A stretch of 64,000 bases of DNA from Camelus ferus (GCF_009834535.1 NC_045698.1:10852001-10916000); one strand, 5' to 3'. Numbered from the stretch's first letter, positions 1-12,539 are shown. Made by a program: numbers and translations. The notes: generated by a model not told the origin, from the letters alone.

Positions 1-1331
1 TCCATACTGTTTTCCACAATGGTTGCACCAAACTGCACTCCCACCAACAGTGTAGGAGGGTTCCCTTTTCTCCACAGCCTCTCCAGCATTTTTTATTTGT
101 GGACTTTTGAATGATGGCCATTTTGATTGGTGTGAGGTGATACCTCATTGTAGTTCTGATTTGCATTTCTCTGATAATTAGTGATATTGAGCATTTTTTC
201 ATGTGCCTATTGATCATTTGTATGTCTTCCTTGGAGAATTGCTTGTTTAGGTCTTCTGCCCATTTTTGGATTGGGTTGTTTGGTTTTTTCTTATTATGTC
301 GTATGAGCTGCTTATATATTCTGGAGCTCAAGCTTTTGTCAGTTTCATTTGCAAAAATTTTCTCCCATTCTTTAGGTTGTCGCTTTCTTTTACTTATGGT
401 TTCCTTTGCTGTGCAGAAGCTTGTAAGTTTCATTAGGTCACATTTGTTTATTCTTGCTTTTATTTCTATTGCTTGGGTAGACTGTTCTAGGAGAACATTT
501 TTGAGATGTATGTGAGATAATGTTTTGCCTATATTTTCTTCTAGGAGGTTTATTTTATCTTGTCTTATGTTTAAGTTTTTGATCCATTTTGAGTTTATCT
601 TTGTGTATGGTGTAAGGGAATGTTCTAGCTTCTTTGATTTACATGCTGCTGTCCAGTTTTACCAACACCATTTGCTGAAGAGACTGTCTTTATTCCACTG
701 TATATTCTTGTCTCCTTTGTCAAAGATTAGTTGACCAAAAGTTTGTGTATTCATTTCTGGGCTCTCTATTCTGTTCCATTGGTCCATGTGTCTGTTTTTG
801 TACCAATACCATGCTGTTTTGATTACTGTAGCTCTATAGTATTGTCTGAATTCTGGGAGAGTTATTCCTCCAGCCTCTTTCTTTTTCTTCAGTAATGTTT
901 TGGCAATTCTAGGTCTTTTGTGGTTCCATATAAATTTTATTATGATTTGTTCTAGTTCTGTGAAATATATCCTAGGTAATTTGATAGGGATTGCATTAAA
1001 TCTGTAGATTGCCTTGGGCATTGTGACCATTTTAACAATATTGGTTCTTCCAATCCAGGAGCATGGGATATCTTTCCATTTTTTTAAGTCTTCTTTAATT
1101 TCCTTAATCAGTGTTTTATAGTTTTCCATGTATAAGTCTTTCACCTACTTGGTTAGATTTATTCCTAGGTATTTTATTACTTTGGGTGCTATTTTAAAGG
1201 GAATTGTTTCTTGACTTTCTTTTTCTGTTGATTCATTATTAGTGTAAAGAAATGCAACTGATTTTTTAATGTTAATCTTGTATCCTGCTACCTTGCTGGA
1301 TTCTTTGATTATTTCTAGTAGTTTTTGTGTG
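1..1331 (-). mobile_element. LINE-1 fragment (3' half of ORF2, 5'-truncated; continues beyond window start)
   Basis: ORF 659-1144(-) '[32 protein letters not shown]...[15 protein letters not shown]...[19 protein letters not shown]' is recognisable L1 ORF2p downstream of the RT core. The frame is broken by stops. Confidence 0.97.
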
Positions 1332-1648
1332 GTAAAATTATCATTTTTAAAGGGAAATACAAAAGAAAGTGGGCATAGAGTTGTGTAAGCAATCTACTTG
1401 TTTTGTTTTTAACACTTCATTAGGGCAAGTCAGCTTTAATGGTGCCTGGAAATTGACTTGGAAGATTGAAATCATATACTTCCTAGAAGCAATTCAAGAT
1501 CTCAAAGCAATAATTTCTAGGCCTTATGATCTTCACAGTACTTTGTGCTCTGTAACATATAGACAAAGATAAAGAAAAAGTGTTAACAACATTTGAGTCC
1601 TGTGTTCACTTTTCATAATTCTGGTGCTTTTTTCTAATGACTTTGAAG

Positions 1649-1924
1649 AATGAGAGCTTTTTTTTTTTTTTTGAATGTTATGTCCTGTTTTAATAGTGAA
1701 AACAAAGTGCAACCAAAACCAATGGAGAGAAATAATGAATAGACATTTGAGTACTTTAATTTGTATGATTTCTAAAAATAGCCTCAGTGCTAATAGAAGC
1801 ATGTCAAACTATTAAATGGTTCCAAATCCTTTAACAGTGGCGGAGAAAGATAAAGGGGCCCATGAGGGAGAAATTCAGAAGTGACCATCTGAATTTTCAA
1901 TACTGTCAAAAAATGAGAGCTTTT
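1649..1924 (-). pseudogene. Short retrocopy (5'-truncated processed pseudogene 3'UTR or orphan L1 transduction), parent unknown
   Basis: Direct repeat aatgagagctttt at 1649-1661 and 1912-1924; poly-T to 1672; minus-strand ATTAAA (1694-1689) 16 nt before the tail; TTTT/AA at the right junction. Confidence 0.75.
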
Positions 1925-2737
1925 AAAGGGGGAAAAGATTGATGGCTGGAGTGGATTTTGATAAGAGCTTATAAGAGACTATTAGCTTAGTGGGTATAGA
2001 GTAGAAATAAGAATATTAAAATTTTTAATAAGTTCTTCATTTAACCCCACTGAACATGCTATTCTGCAAGGAACCTTAACCTTAAACTCAAATCATTGCT
2101 GCTCCAGTATTTCTCTTCTTTAGCTGATTCTCCTCACAGGTTGATATTGAACTTGAACTTTAAATGGCTCCTTACTGCTTGCAAAATCAAGACACTTTCC
2201 ATAAATACCTGCTTCTTACAATTTTTGCTGAAGTATATCTAATGGTGAGGACTTATGTAATAAAGACATAAATTTATTTTAAAATTTATAACTATAATTT
2301 TATAATTATAATAAATTTATAATTATAATTTTAAAATAAACAATGAGTTTTCTAAGTACTGGACTGTTTTAATGTGTTAAAAAAAATAAGTATCTGGCTT
2401 ACTAAATAAAATTGGAAAACTTTCTCAGTCCTTCCAAGCACCTATTGATGTTTTTTCCATTTAAAACTGCAAATAGTCATGTGAAAAATCATAGTTTTTG
2501 TGGAATTGAATGAGACAATACATGTTAATACACTTTGTATAATACCAACATATTATGCATATTCATTAATTCATAGTATAACTCATTATGGGATGAATCA
2601 TGTCCTTCTGAAATTCATATGTTGAAATCCTAACCCTCAGTACCTCAGAATTTGACTGCATTTGCAGATAGGGCCTTTAAAGAGATAATTTAGGCAAAAA
2701 GAGTTTATATTGGTGGGCCCTAATAGAATGTGACTAA

Positions 2738-3896
2738 TGTCTTAGTCTGTTTAGGGGGTTTTGACAGAATACCACAGACTTGGTGACTTAACAACTAGAA
2801 TTATCACCTCACATTAGTCAGAATGGCCGTCATTCAAAAGTTTACAAATGACAAATGCTGGAGAGGCTGTGGAGAAAAGGGAACCCTCCTACACTGCTAG
2901 TGGGAATGCAGTTTGGTGCAGCCAGTGTGGAAAACAGTATGGAGATTCTTCAAAAGACTAAAAATAGACTCACCATAAGACCCAGAAATCCTATTCCTGG
3001 ACATATATCCAGAGGGAACCCTAATTCAAAAAGACACCTGCACCCCAATGTTCATAGCAGCACTATTTACAATAGCCAAGACATGGAAACAGCCTAAATG
3101 TCCATCAACAGGTGACTGGATAAAGAAGATGTGGTATATTTATACAATGGAATGCTATTCAGCCATAAAATGACAACATGCCATTTGCAGCAACATGAAT
3201 GCTCTTGGAGAATGTCATTCTAAGTGAAGTAAGCCAGAAAGAGAAAGAAAAATACAATTTGATATCACTCATATGTGGAATCCAAAAAAAAAAAAGATAA
3301 CAAATGAACTTATATATAAAACAGAAACAAACTCACAGACATAGAATATGGACTTGTAGTTACCAGGGAGGAGGAGGAGGGTGGGAAGGGAGAAACTGGG
3401 AGTTTGAGATTTGCAGATATTGACTGGTATGTGTAAAATAGATAAATTTATACTGTATAGCACAGGGAAATGTGTTCAATATCTTGTAGTAGCTCATGGT
3501 GAAAAAGAATATGAAAATGAATATATGTATATTCATGTATGACTGAAGAATTGTGCTGTACACCAGAAATTGACACAACATTGTAAACTGACTATACCTC
3601 AATTAAAAAATTAACAACAACTAGAATTTATTTCTCACAGTCTTGGAGGTTGATTAGTCCAAGATGAAGATGTTGGCAGATTTGGGGTCTGATGAGAGTG
3701 CTCTTCCTGGCTCATAGATGGCCTTCTTTGTTCTTGTGTGATGAAAGGGACTAGGGAGCTCTCTGGATCCTCTTAAAAGGCACTAATCCCCACGTCCATG
3801 ACCTAATCACTCCCAAAGGCCCCATCTTCAAATACCATCACACTGGGGGCTAAGATTCAACATAGGGATTTGGGGGAACATATCCAGACCATAGCA
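2738..3896 (-). mobile_element. MaLR solo LTR, MLT1A0-like, split by an L1
   Basis: Termini tgtcttagtctgtt (2738) and cagaccatagca (3896); internal 'ggcactaatccc...atgacctaatcactcccaaaggcccca'. Confidence 0.85.
2803..3615 (+). mobile_element. L1 3' end (ORF2 C-terminus + 3'UTR) with 13-bp TSD
   Basis: 'atgttcatagcagcactatttacaatagccaagacatggaa', G-rich 3'UTR tract, A-rich tail; TSD aacaactagaatt at 2790-2802 and 3616-3628. Confidence 0.95.
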
Positions 3897-4904
3897 ACTG
3901 GTGTCCTAATAAGAAGAGGAGATTAGGACACAGACACTTACAGGAGGGGGACCACACGAAGTCACTGGAGGACGATGGCCATCTACAACGTAAGGAAAAA
4001 AGCCTCAGAAGAAACTGACCCTACTGATACCTCAATCATCATGGACTTACAGCCTTAAGAACTATGAGAAAATGAATTTCTATCAGTGAAGCCGTCCAAC
4101 TAAGTCTGTGGTCCTTGGCACGGAAGCCAGAGCAAACTAATATAACCTTCTTACTGAGTTCACCCCAGGAAACTGTGGACTACAGACAAAAGGCTTTTGA
4201 GCAAGGTGACTGTTATATTCTGGATAAAGGGTTTTACCCCCTTGTGAGCCCATTCTAGAAAAGAGTTCTTTTTACAAATACAAAGCAGCAGAGAAAACAA
4301 ATATCCAGCTTTCCTGTCTTCACTCACTCCCAGACTCTCAGGATCTTCTGTGTAGGTCTGAATCAAATCATTTTGTCACCATGTATGTTTTAATCTTCCT
4401 TTTGAGTCTATTTTTATTGTTAGTTTTGTGCAGGTATTTTCTGATCCTATTTGTCTCAGTACCGGAAATTTTTTTTACATGTGTGCAAACTTAAACACAG
4501 AGTGAAGTGAGACACTGAGCTCTTGTGACTTCTTTTTAGCAAGAGTCCAGGCCATGGGGACACCGAATCATGAGGGACCAGCCCCAGGGAGCCCTCCCAC
4601 TGCATCTCTCCCATGCAGGGATGATGCTATTTCCTTCTGACCAGAGAAGATCAGCCCCTCATTGTCTTCTCAGAAGGGCCCTTCCACAGAGGCCACTACT
4701 CTTGGGTCTCCTTGCCCCAGAGGTGGTCTTTCCCCATGCCCCTTTTGGCAACAAGCTGAGACCTAACTGAGAGTTCAAATATTCCTACACCAGGGTTAAC
4801 AAGTGTCAGTGCCTGGAAAAGGGAGAGGACTCGGGGGTTGGGGAGCTGATGCTGGGAAGAGCTTCCTTAGAAAGAAGGCAGTGGAAGTTTCTTTTTAAAA
4901 GTTG

Positions 4905-5981
4905 CAGGTACATGACAAGATGCTCAGCCTTCGTCATTAGGGAAACACAGCTATGAGATGAATAAGTCTGAGAATCTAAGGATAACGTAGTGACTCTAGT
5001 TGATACTTGACTGTATAATTGAAATTTTCTCAGGGAATAGAACTTAACCTGTCTCACCAAATTAAATCAGAAAGAGATATGGGAGATGATGGATGTTTTA
5101 ATTAACTGGATGGGAGGAATCCTCTCACAATGCATATGTTTATCAAATCACCATGATGTATAGTTTAAATATCTTAACAATTTTATTTGCCAATTACACC
5201 TCAATAAAGCTGAAAAAAAAAAAGGAAATGCAAACCCAAAGCACAATGAGAAACCACTTCACATGCACTGAAATGGTTGAAATAAAAAAGACAGATCATC
5301 TATAAAGAGTGTTGCTGAGGATTTAGAGAAATAAGATCCATCATACACTGATGGTAGGAATGTAAATTGATGCATCCACTTTGGAAAACAGCCTGGCACT
5401 TCCTCAGATTGTTGGATGTAGAATTACCATCTGGCCCAGCAATTCCACTCCTAGATATATACTTAAGAAAAATGAAAATCCGTATCTATACAAAAACTTG
5501 TACATGGATGTTCATAGAAGCATTATTTCAATAGTCAAAAGGTAGAAATAACCCAAATGACTATCAACTGAAGAATGGAGAAACAAAATGTGGTATGTCT
5601 ATACAATGGAATATTATTCTGCCATAAAAAGGAATAACTTTCTGATATATGCCACATCATGGATGAACCTTGGAAACGGTATGCTAAATGAAAGAAGCCA
5701 GTCACAAAAACCCACACATATTGTATTATTCCATTTATGCAAAATGTCCAGAATAGGCAAATCTATGGAAACTGAAAGGACACTGTGATTAGGGGAGAGA
5801 CAGCTACTGGGTATGGGGATTCTCTTTGGGGTGATAAAAATGTTCCAAAATGGCTGTGGTGCTGTTTGCATATATCTATGTGTTGCACATATCTATGGGT
5901 TTTTCAGCAAAAACTGTTGAACACTTTCAATGGGTGATTTACAATATGGGAGTTATATCTCAACAAAGATGAAAAAAAAAA
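4905..5981 (+). mobile_element. Old L1M (L1MB-like) 3' end with a nested L1MA-like 3' end (~4946-5223)
   Basis: 'tcattagggaaa' resumes as 'ggaaatgcaaacccaaagcacaatgaga' after an insert ending 'cacctcaataaagctgaaaaaaaaaa'. The ORF 'MWYVYTMEYYSAIKRN' matches the L1 ORF2 tail. Confidence 0.85.
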
Positions 5982-6314
5982 GTATAGTAGGGACCAGGCC
6001 TTCCAAGAGAGGAGAATAATGTGCTGGCCGGCATTTGGATGTTAAGCAAGATGATTTCATGAACAGCAAAGTCATAACCTTAGAAATCTTGGTGAAGTGT
6101 TCCCGTGCCCATGCTTAACAGAGGGGCATGCGACCACCAGCATTTGAGTGAACCATGTAGGCTGGAGACTGGAGCCTCTTCCCTGTGTCTCCCTGAATTT
6201 TTAGCCTCTTAAATTCCCACATGACATAAACGAATGTCATTCATTCAACCCCAAACACAAATTAGGTTGGATTTAGATAATGCTTGAAGAAAGGAACAAC
6301 GTAACAGCTGCAGT

Positions 6315-6860
6315 ATTATTTTAAACTTTTATTGAAGTATAGGGGCTTTTTTTTTACATTTTAAAAAAATTGAAGTATAGACAGTTACAATATGTCGATT
6401 TCTGGTGTACAGCATAATGTTTCAGTCATACATATGTATAGACATATATTCATTTTCATTATAGGTTACTACAAGATATTGAATATAGTTCACTGTGCTA
6501 TACAGTATAAACTTATTGTTTATCTATTTTATATAAAGTACTTAATATTTACAAATCTCAAACTCCTAATTTATTCCTTCCCATCCCTCTTTCCCCTGAT
6601 AACCATAAGATTATTTGCTATGTCTGTGAGTCTGTTTCTGTATTGAGGTATAGTTGATTTACTATGTTGTGTTAATTTCTGGTCTACAGCGTCATGATTC
6701 AGTTATACATATACATTCCTTTTCATTATAAGGTATTAAAAGATATTGACTATTAGTTCCCTGTGCTATACAGTAGGACCTTGCTATTTATTTTATATAT
6801 AGTACTTAGTATCTGCAAATCCCAAACTCCTAATTGATGCCTCCTCTCTCTTTCCCCTTC
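6315..6860 (-). mobile_element. Two L1 3'UTR fragments, one apparently nested in the other
   Basis: Two copies of 'attgaagtatag...ctgtgctatacagta...caaactcctaatt'; repeat tattgaagtatag 6330-6342 / tattgaggtatag 6641-6653. Confidence 0.88.
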
Positions 6861-9097
6861 AATAATTGCATAGCTTCAATTTTGAATAATGCTTTCAGAC
6901 CTATGGGTTTTGCAACTAGATGGCATTTAAAGAAATTTTACCTATAACCTTATTTATTACATTCTCCAAGTCAGTGTTTGATTCCTGTGAACTTCCTTTC
7001 ATCCATCCCCTTCTTGAAGAACATATCTACTGCAGGCTTCCTATTAACTTTGCTGTGACATTCTAAAATAGGTCTTGATCAATTTGACATTTAAATAGCC
7101 ATTGGGCAGAGATGTAACCTCATGCTTGAATAAATACTATTTAATTATGGCTTTATAGAAATGCAATATTCTTTAATTACAAGAATTATCTCCAAGGTAG
7201 ATAAAGAAGTCTGCTCTAGATAGTCTAAGACACTAAAATATGAAAAATGGAAAAATGGTTATTGAGGCTCTGTTGACTGAAGGATTAACTGAGAAATGGG
7301 AACTGACTAGTGTGAAACATTTGGGCAACAACTTCCAGACAGGAACTCAATAAGCTCATGTAAAATTAAAAAAAAATATGCTCTCCTTTGTAACAGAACC
7401 CGCCTCCCACTTTTAAGATACTGTGATGCAATGCTGAGAAGGACACACAGAGGTGAAAATTGATTTTCCCTGAAGAGCACATTGTAAATTCAAAGCCAAA
7501 ATTCTTTCAACAAGATTAGTAAGTGCTATTCATGGCGTTCCCTGGGCAGATCAACAGTGTGAAAAGTATGTCTACAAAATCCTCTGTTGTCTTCAGATGT
7601 GTATGAGGGGCAGCCAACCATAGGAGGAGCTCTGATCATCTGTTGGTGGAGAGGGGGCACAGTGTGGAGGGCCAAGTTGTAAAACGCAACTCATTTTTAG
7701 GCAAACCTGGTGGTTAATTAAATGGCTGACTTGTAAGCTAAAGACCTTTACTTGAGAATATAGAACTTCCCTAACTACTAACTCACAACCCTTAGAAACA
7801 TAATAAGTGAGAAATCCTCCCTAAGTTTATAAACATAGAGTAAGCCAAGATGGGCCCCGGTCTGATGGAAAGGTCAAAAATTAGAAACACAGGGAAAGAA
7901 CATAGCAGCTTATGCTTCTTTTTGGTTAGTGATTAATCATTAAATACTTAATAAAATTCAGCTAATACTTTTATTTATTTAAAATAAAAACCAGAATTAA
8001 TTTCTTATTCTGGCAATAATGTATTTGAAAAATAAGGAGACCCGGGTTTGGACATGCCTGCTTTCAACTTTTGTGACTGGGCAGTTCTTTTCACCTCTCT
8101 GGGATTCAGTTTCCCTATCCATATAAGGACAGCACTTAAAGATCCTAAAATGCCTTCAACTTCATGATTTAATGATTTATGAATCTTGGGTTTCAGAGTT
8201 GGCTGCCTCACTGATGATTTATCCGAGTAAAATAACATTATTGACTCTCCAATGAGAGACTAATATTTCCTGTGGGTGAAAAATTAATTTTTAGCTATCA
8301 CTAATGTCAAACCAAAGAAAATATCCTGACTCCAATAAGAAATTTAAAGAGTCTGCCCAGAGATAGATGGCTAGGAACTAGCAGTGTGTGAGTTCCCATA
8401 ATTAACTGAAACTCCACATAGGAATCTTTCTTAATTTATGAAAAAATTCTGTGGTTCCTTTTCTTTTCCAAACTAAATACTCTTAAAGAAATGAAAATAT
8501 GCTTAAGGAGAATACTTAATAGGAGCAACTCTATTATATTTTCTTATGAATAGTGTCTAACCCTTTAAATGATGAAACTAATATTACAAAGTGATAATAA
8601 CATATTACCATATGCTAATCCACCATTCATAATTTCTATTTAATCTCCAAGAAGGAAATGAATTGTCAGACACTTGAAATGCATACCTGAAAATTGGGTG
8701 CTCTGAAATTTGGATGAACTAAATAGCTTTTCCTAAGGCCATTTACGTAACCAAAAGTGACCACGTAGTTATAGTTGTTTAGATCAGTGACTAAATATAC
8801 TACGACAGCAGATGTTTGAGGATTTATCAGTGAGGATGTCTTTGGATGTAAACATCAACAACACAAAGACCTCGAACTGACTCGTACAATGAGGCAAGAA
8901 GAAGGGAGGGATGTGGGGTGGATGTGACCCAGACTTCCGTCTCTGTTTCCCAATATTCTTTCTTCTCTCCCGTGTGTTGTTCCATCCTCAGTTTGGATGC
9001 TGGCTTCAGAGTCAGGTTGTCGTAATTCCTATTTTGCTTCTGTCACAGTGCCTGGAACATGGTGAACCTGCCATGAATAATAAAATTTGTGATAAGT

Positions 9098-9870
9098 ACT
9101 GGCATTTATTAAGCTCTCATTACATGTATTAAGTGTTTTGCATGTATTGATTCATTTACTCTTGACCATCACCCTGTCAGGCAGTGTGGGACTTTAAAAA
9201 ATATATCCACACATTCTTTGAGACGCCTCCCTTCAAGAGGCGAGGTCTAATTTCCCACCTCTTGAGTGTGGCTTGGACTTAAAGACTTGTTCTAATGAGT
9301 AGAGTAAAGCTAAAGTAATGGTGGGTGGCTTTGGAGACTAGGTCATAAAAAGGCTGTGGCTTCCATCTCAGTTTTTTTTTTTCTCTTTCTTTCTCTCTCT
9401 CCTCACTAATTCTGGGAGAAGCCAGCTGCCACATCTTGGAGACGCGCATAGACAGGCTTGTGAAGAGGACCATGTGCCATAGCTGTGAGGCCTGCTGACA
9501 ACCACATGAGTGACCCTGAAGGCAGACTCCCCACTGACCTTGGAGGTGACTGCAGCCCCCTGTTGGCAGCTTGACAGCAACCTCATAAGGAACTCTGAGC
9601 CGGAGCCACCCAGCTAAGCTGCTCCAAGATTCCTGTTCCTTAGAAACTATGTGAGATCATAAATACTTGTTGTGAACTACATTTTGCTACATTGTTTTCA
9701 GCTGCATTTCAGCTAAGTTTTGGGTAATTTGTTACATAGCAATAGGCAAGTCCTACTATTACCCCCATTTTACAGATGAGCAAATTGAAGCAGAGGAAGG
9801 TTAAGTAACTTGTCCCAAGTGATGCAGCCAGGAAGTTACAGAGGCAAGAAGCAGACCCACACAGTCTGAT
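9098..9870 (-). mobile_element. MIR split by an LTR
   Basis: MIR core 'cccccattttacagatgagcaaattgaagcagaggaaggttaagtaacttgtcccaag' at 9761-9820; the other half lies at 9098-9184. Confidence 0.85.
9185..9750 (+). mobile_element. MaLR LTR, MLT1F-like
   Basis: 'cctcttgagtgtggcttggactta', 'ggagaagccagctgccac', 'ccacccagctaagctgctcc', ending 'gtaatttgttacatagcaatag'. Confidence 0.8.
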
Positions 9871-9965
9871 TTTTTGAAATTCTTGATCTTTTAAATTGCC
9901 CCCAATTTCAAGATTGGTGAATAATTTCAGGAGGATTGAGATGAGTGATTAAAAGAGACTGTCAA

Positions 9966-10425
9966 TATGGTATATTTCTTCATCTTTCTGGTTTACTTCA
10001 CTTAGAATGACATTCTCCAGGTCCATCCATGTTACTGCAAATGGCATTATTTTATTATTTTATACCATATGATATCACTTATATGTGGAATCTAAACAAA
10101 AAGACAAACAAACTTCTTTACAAAACAGAAACAGACTCACAGACATAGAAAGCAGACTTATGGTTACCAGCGGGGAAGGGAGTGGGAAGGGATAAATTGG
10201 GAGTTTGAGATTTGCAGATACAAACTACTATATATAAACTAGATAAACAACAAGTTTATACTGTATAGCACAGGGAGCTATATTCAATGTCTTGTAGAAA
10301 CATGGTTAAAAAGAATAAGAAAATGAATATATGTATGTTTCTATATGACTGAAGTATTATGCTGTACACCAGAAATTGGCACAACATTGTAAACTGACTA
10401 TACTTCAATACAAATATATGTTTTA
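9966..10425 (+). mobile_element. L1 3' end with inverted 5' segment (twin-priming structure)
   Basis: 9966-10060 is antisense L1 and 10061-10425 is the adjoining sense L1; TSD aaaagagactgtcaa 9951-9965 / aaaagagaatatcaa 10426-10440. Confidence 0.88.
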
Positions 10426-11469
10426 AAAAGAGAATATCAAAAAATCTTCTTAACATTATTTTATTTGTAGCTAGAAATAATGTTTCTATGTCTTAGAAGC
10501 CGTCAGGCATTTAGATGTCTTAGAACCTTAAATCACAGAATACAGATGTGAGAGGCAGTTCATGGCTTTAGGAAAGGGGTAAGGAATTTGCTGAACTTCC
10601 ACATAAGGGGAGAGCTTTGAATTCATATTCCGTGTAGACACAGTTGCTACTCATTGAAACTAGGCAGTGAGACAGTAACGCATTGTAAGTATTTACTTTT
10701 ATAAATTCTGGTAAGTGTAATTCTAGCTATGGCAGATGTGGGGCGATTTCTTCAGGCACCAAGATGAGACTTGATGAAGCCACTTTGTTCTGAATTCATG
10801 TGATCGTCGATATGAAAGTCAAGAAAACCTAGGTCTTAATTCCTGTATCTTTGCTGAGTTATCCCGGTGAAGTCCCCACTCTGTGTTTTTCCTTATCACT
10901 TGCAAATCGCTCAGTCCTGCTTCTCTGAAGGAGAAAGAGGTGTGCGGCTGAGTTCCTCCTGAATTTCTCAGTCCTCCTTACTTTCTTGTTTCTGACTCCT
11001 CAGTTGAATGAGGGCGATGTGAGCTCCTGAGGCAACAAGCGACCGTTCCTGTTTTTACATGGAGGGTTTTCTAAGGAACCAGAGCCCAGGGAGGGGAAGT
11101 TGCCTGCCTGAAGTCACTCTAAGAATGAATGATAGGGCCTCAAACACTGGTTATCCTTCCACTGCTGTGTTTAGAATTTGCTCCAGCTCTTACTCGAGGG
11201 TGGGATGACTCCTTACTCAGCCTTGGGAGGCAACCTATACAAAGTCTAATATTCCTTGTACCCTGAGTATTCAGGTCTCTCTTACCTCCTTAATAGACTG
11301 GAAACTCTTAGAGGCAGAAAAATGAGAATAGTGCCTTGCCTTGAGCTTGCCTCGTAAGTACTAATGTTACTGACAAGCGAGAAAGAAAGTGAAAGGATGG
11401 ATGGACAGATGGGTGGGTGGATGGAACTATAAAGCACACTGAATTTGCTTACTAAAGTTGCCTTGTTAG

Positions 11470-11525
11470 ATGTGCATTGAAATAAGGAAACAAACTTTTA
11501 TGTGTATTTTGGATTTGCAAAACAG
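11470..11525 (+). other. Candidate 56-nt exon
   Basis: Acceptor 'cttactaaagttgccttgttag', donor CAG|gtaagt (consensus). Splice motifs only; no homology recognised. Confidence 0.3.
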
Positions 11526-12539
11526 GTAAGTTTAAAACAGTTATTTTACTTTAAATAAAAATTGCCTTAAGAATAAAGTCCAGTTTTAAAAACTCATTTT
11601 ACAGTAAACTTTTTAGAAACTGATCTATTGATGAGTTTTACAGTAAACAATAAAGTACTGATACACAAAATAACTTAAAGCAAACTATTTTCTAGCTTGG
11701 TCAATGTCTCATTTTAACAAAGCTATTGTATTCTGTCTATTTCCATGTGCATAAATCAGTATTTTGGCTGGGAATGGAAAGTTAATTGATGATTGATTTG
11801 CAGTCTACCTTTCCCCCAAAGGATTAGACACTGTTTACTGCTAAATCATAATGCAAAATATAAATGCATATGACTCGTAAACACGAGGTGCTTTTTTGAC
11901 ACTTATATTATTATTCCCCAACAACACAGGCCAAGTTACAATTCATCAGGTTAGAGATGAGCAAATGAATGGCTTCAGAGTAGGAAGAAGCAATAAAGGA
12001 AATTTTCTACAACCAAAGAAATAAGATGGGTTTGGGGCGGGATGATTGATACTGATGCCCAGTGATCACAGAGAGATGGAGAGTTATGCTTTGGCTGGGT
12101 CCATCTAAGCGCTGACCACTGAATGCAGAATCATGGCTTTGAGACTCAGATTTGGATAGTAGTATTTGCAAGTAATTTTATATTGCGAAAATGCCTTTCT
12201 CAGTAAGATTTAATTGACATCAAAATTCACTATTTACTAAATGCCTAGGGCACTGTGTGACCTGGTAAGCCAGTAGCAACTTTATTCATGGGTTAAAACA
12301 TACATACATATAAGTATATATAAGTATGTACACTTTATATGTAATACATTCTCTATATATTTTATGCGTTAAAATAAGAAAAACATGAGAAAATAGTTTC
12401 ACATCATCAGCAGGATATGAATAATTATTGATGCTGTGAAACTGTTCATGTTCTGTTTCTGAAATAAATGATTGGGGAATATAATCTGAAATAGCTAAAT
12501 CAAAATACTGAATTCAAAAAGATAACTGTTTATATGATG

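Larger units (their letters stand above)
2584..4144 (+). mobile_element. MaLR LTR, MLT1B-like, split by insertions at 2738-3896
   Basis: 'aaattcatatgttgaaatcctaaccctcagtacctcagaa...gggccctaat' resumes at 3897 'actggtgtcctaataagaagaggag' and ends 'gcaaactaatata'. Confidence 0.85.

Noticed and set aside
659..1144. 161-aa ORF as a host gene
   Set aside because: It is a fragment of L1 ORF2p.
9551..9569. CTCF-like motif on the minus strand (ctgccaacagggggctgca)
   Set aside because: Mismatches at core positions and lies inside an MLT1 LTR; weaker than the 26916 site.
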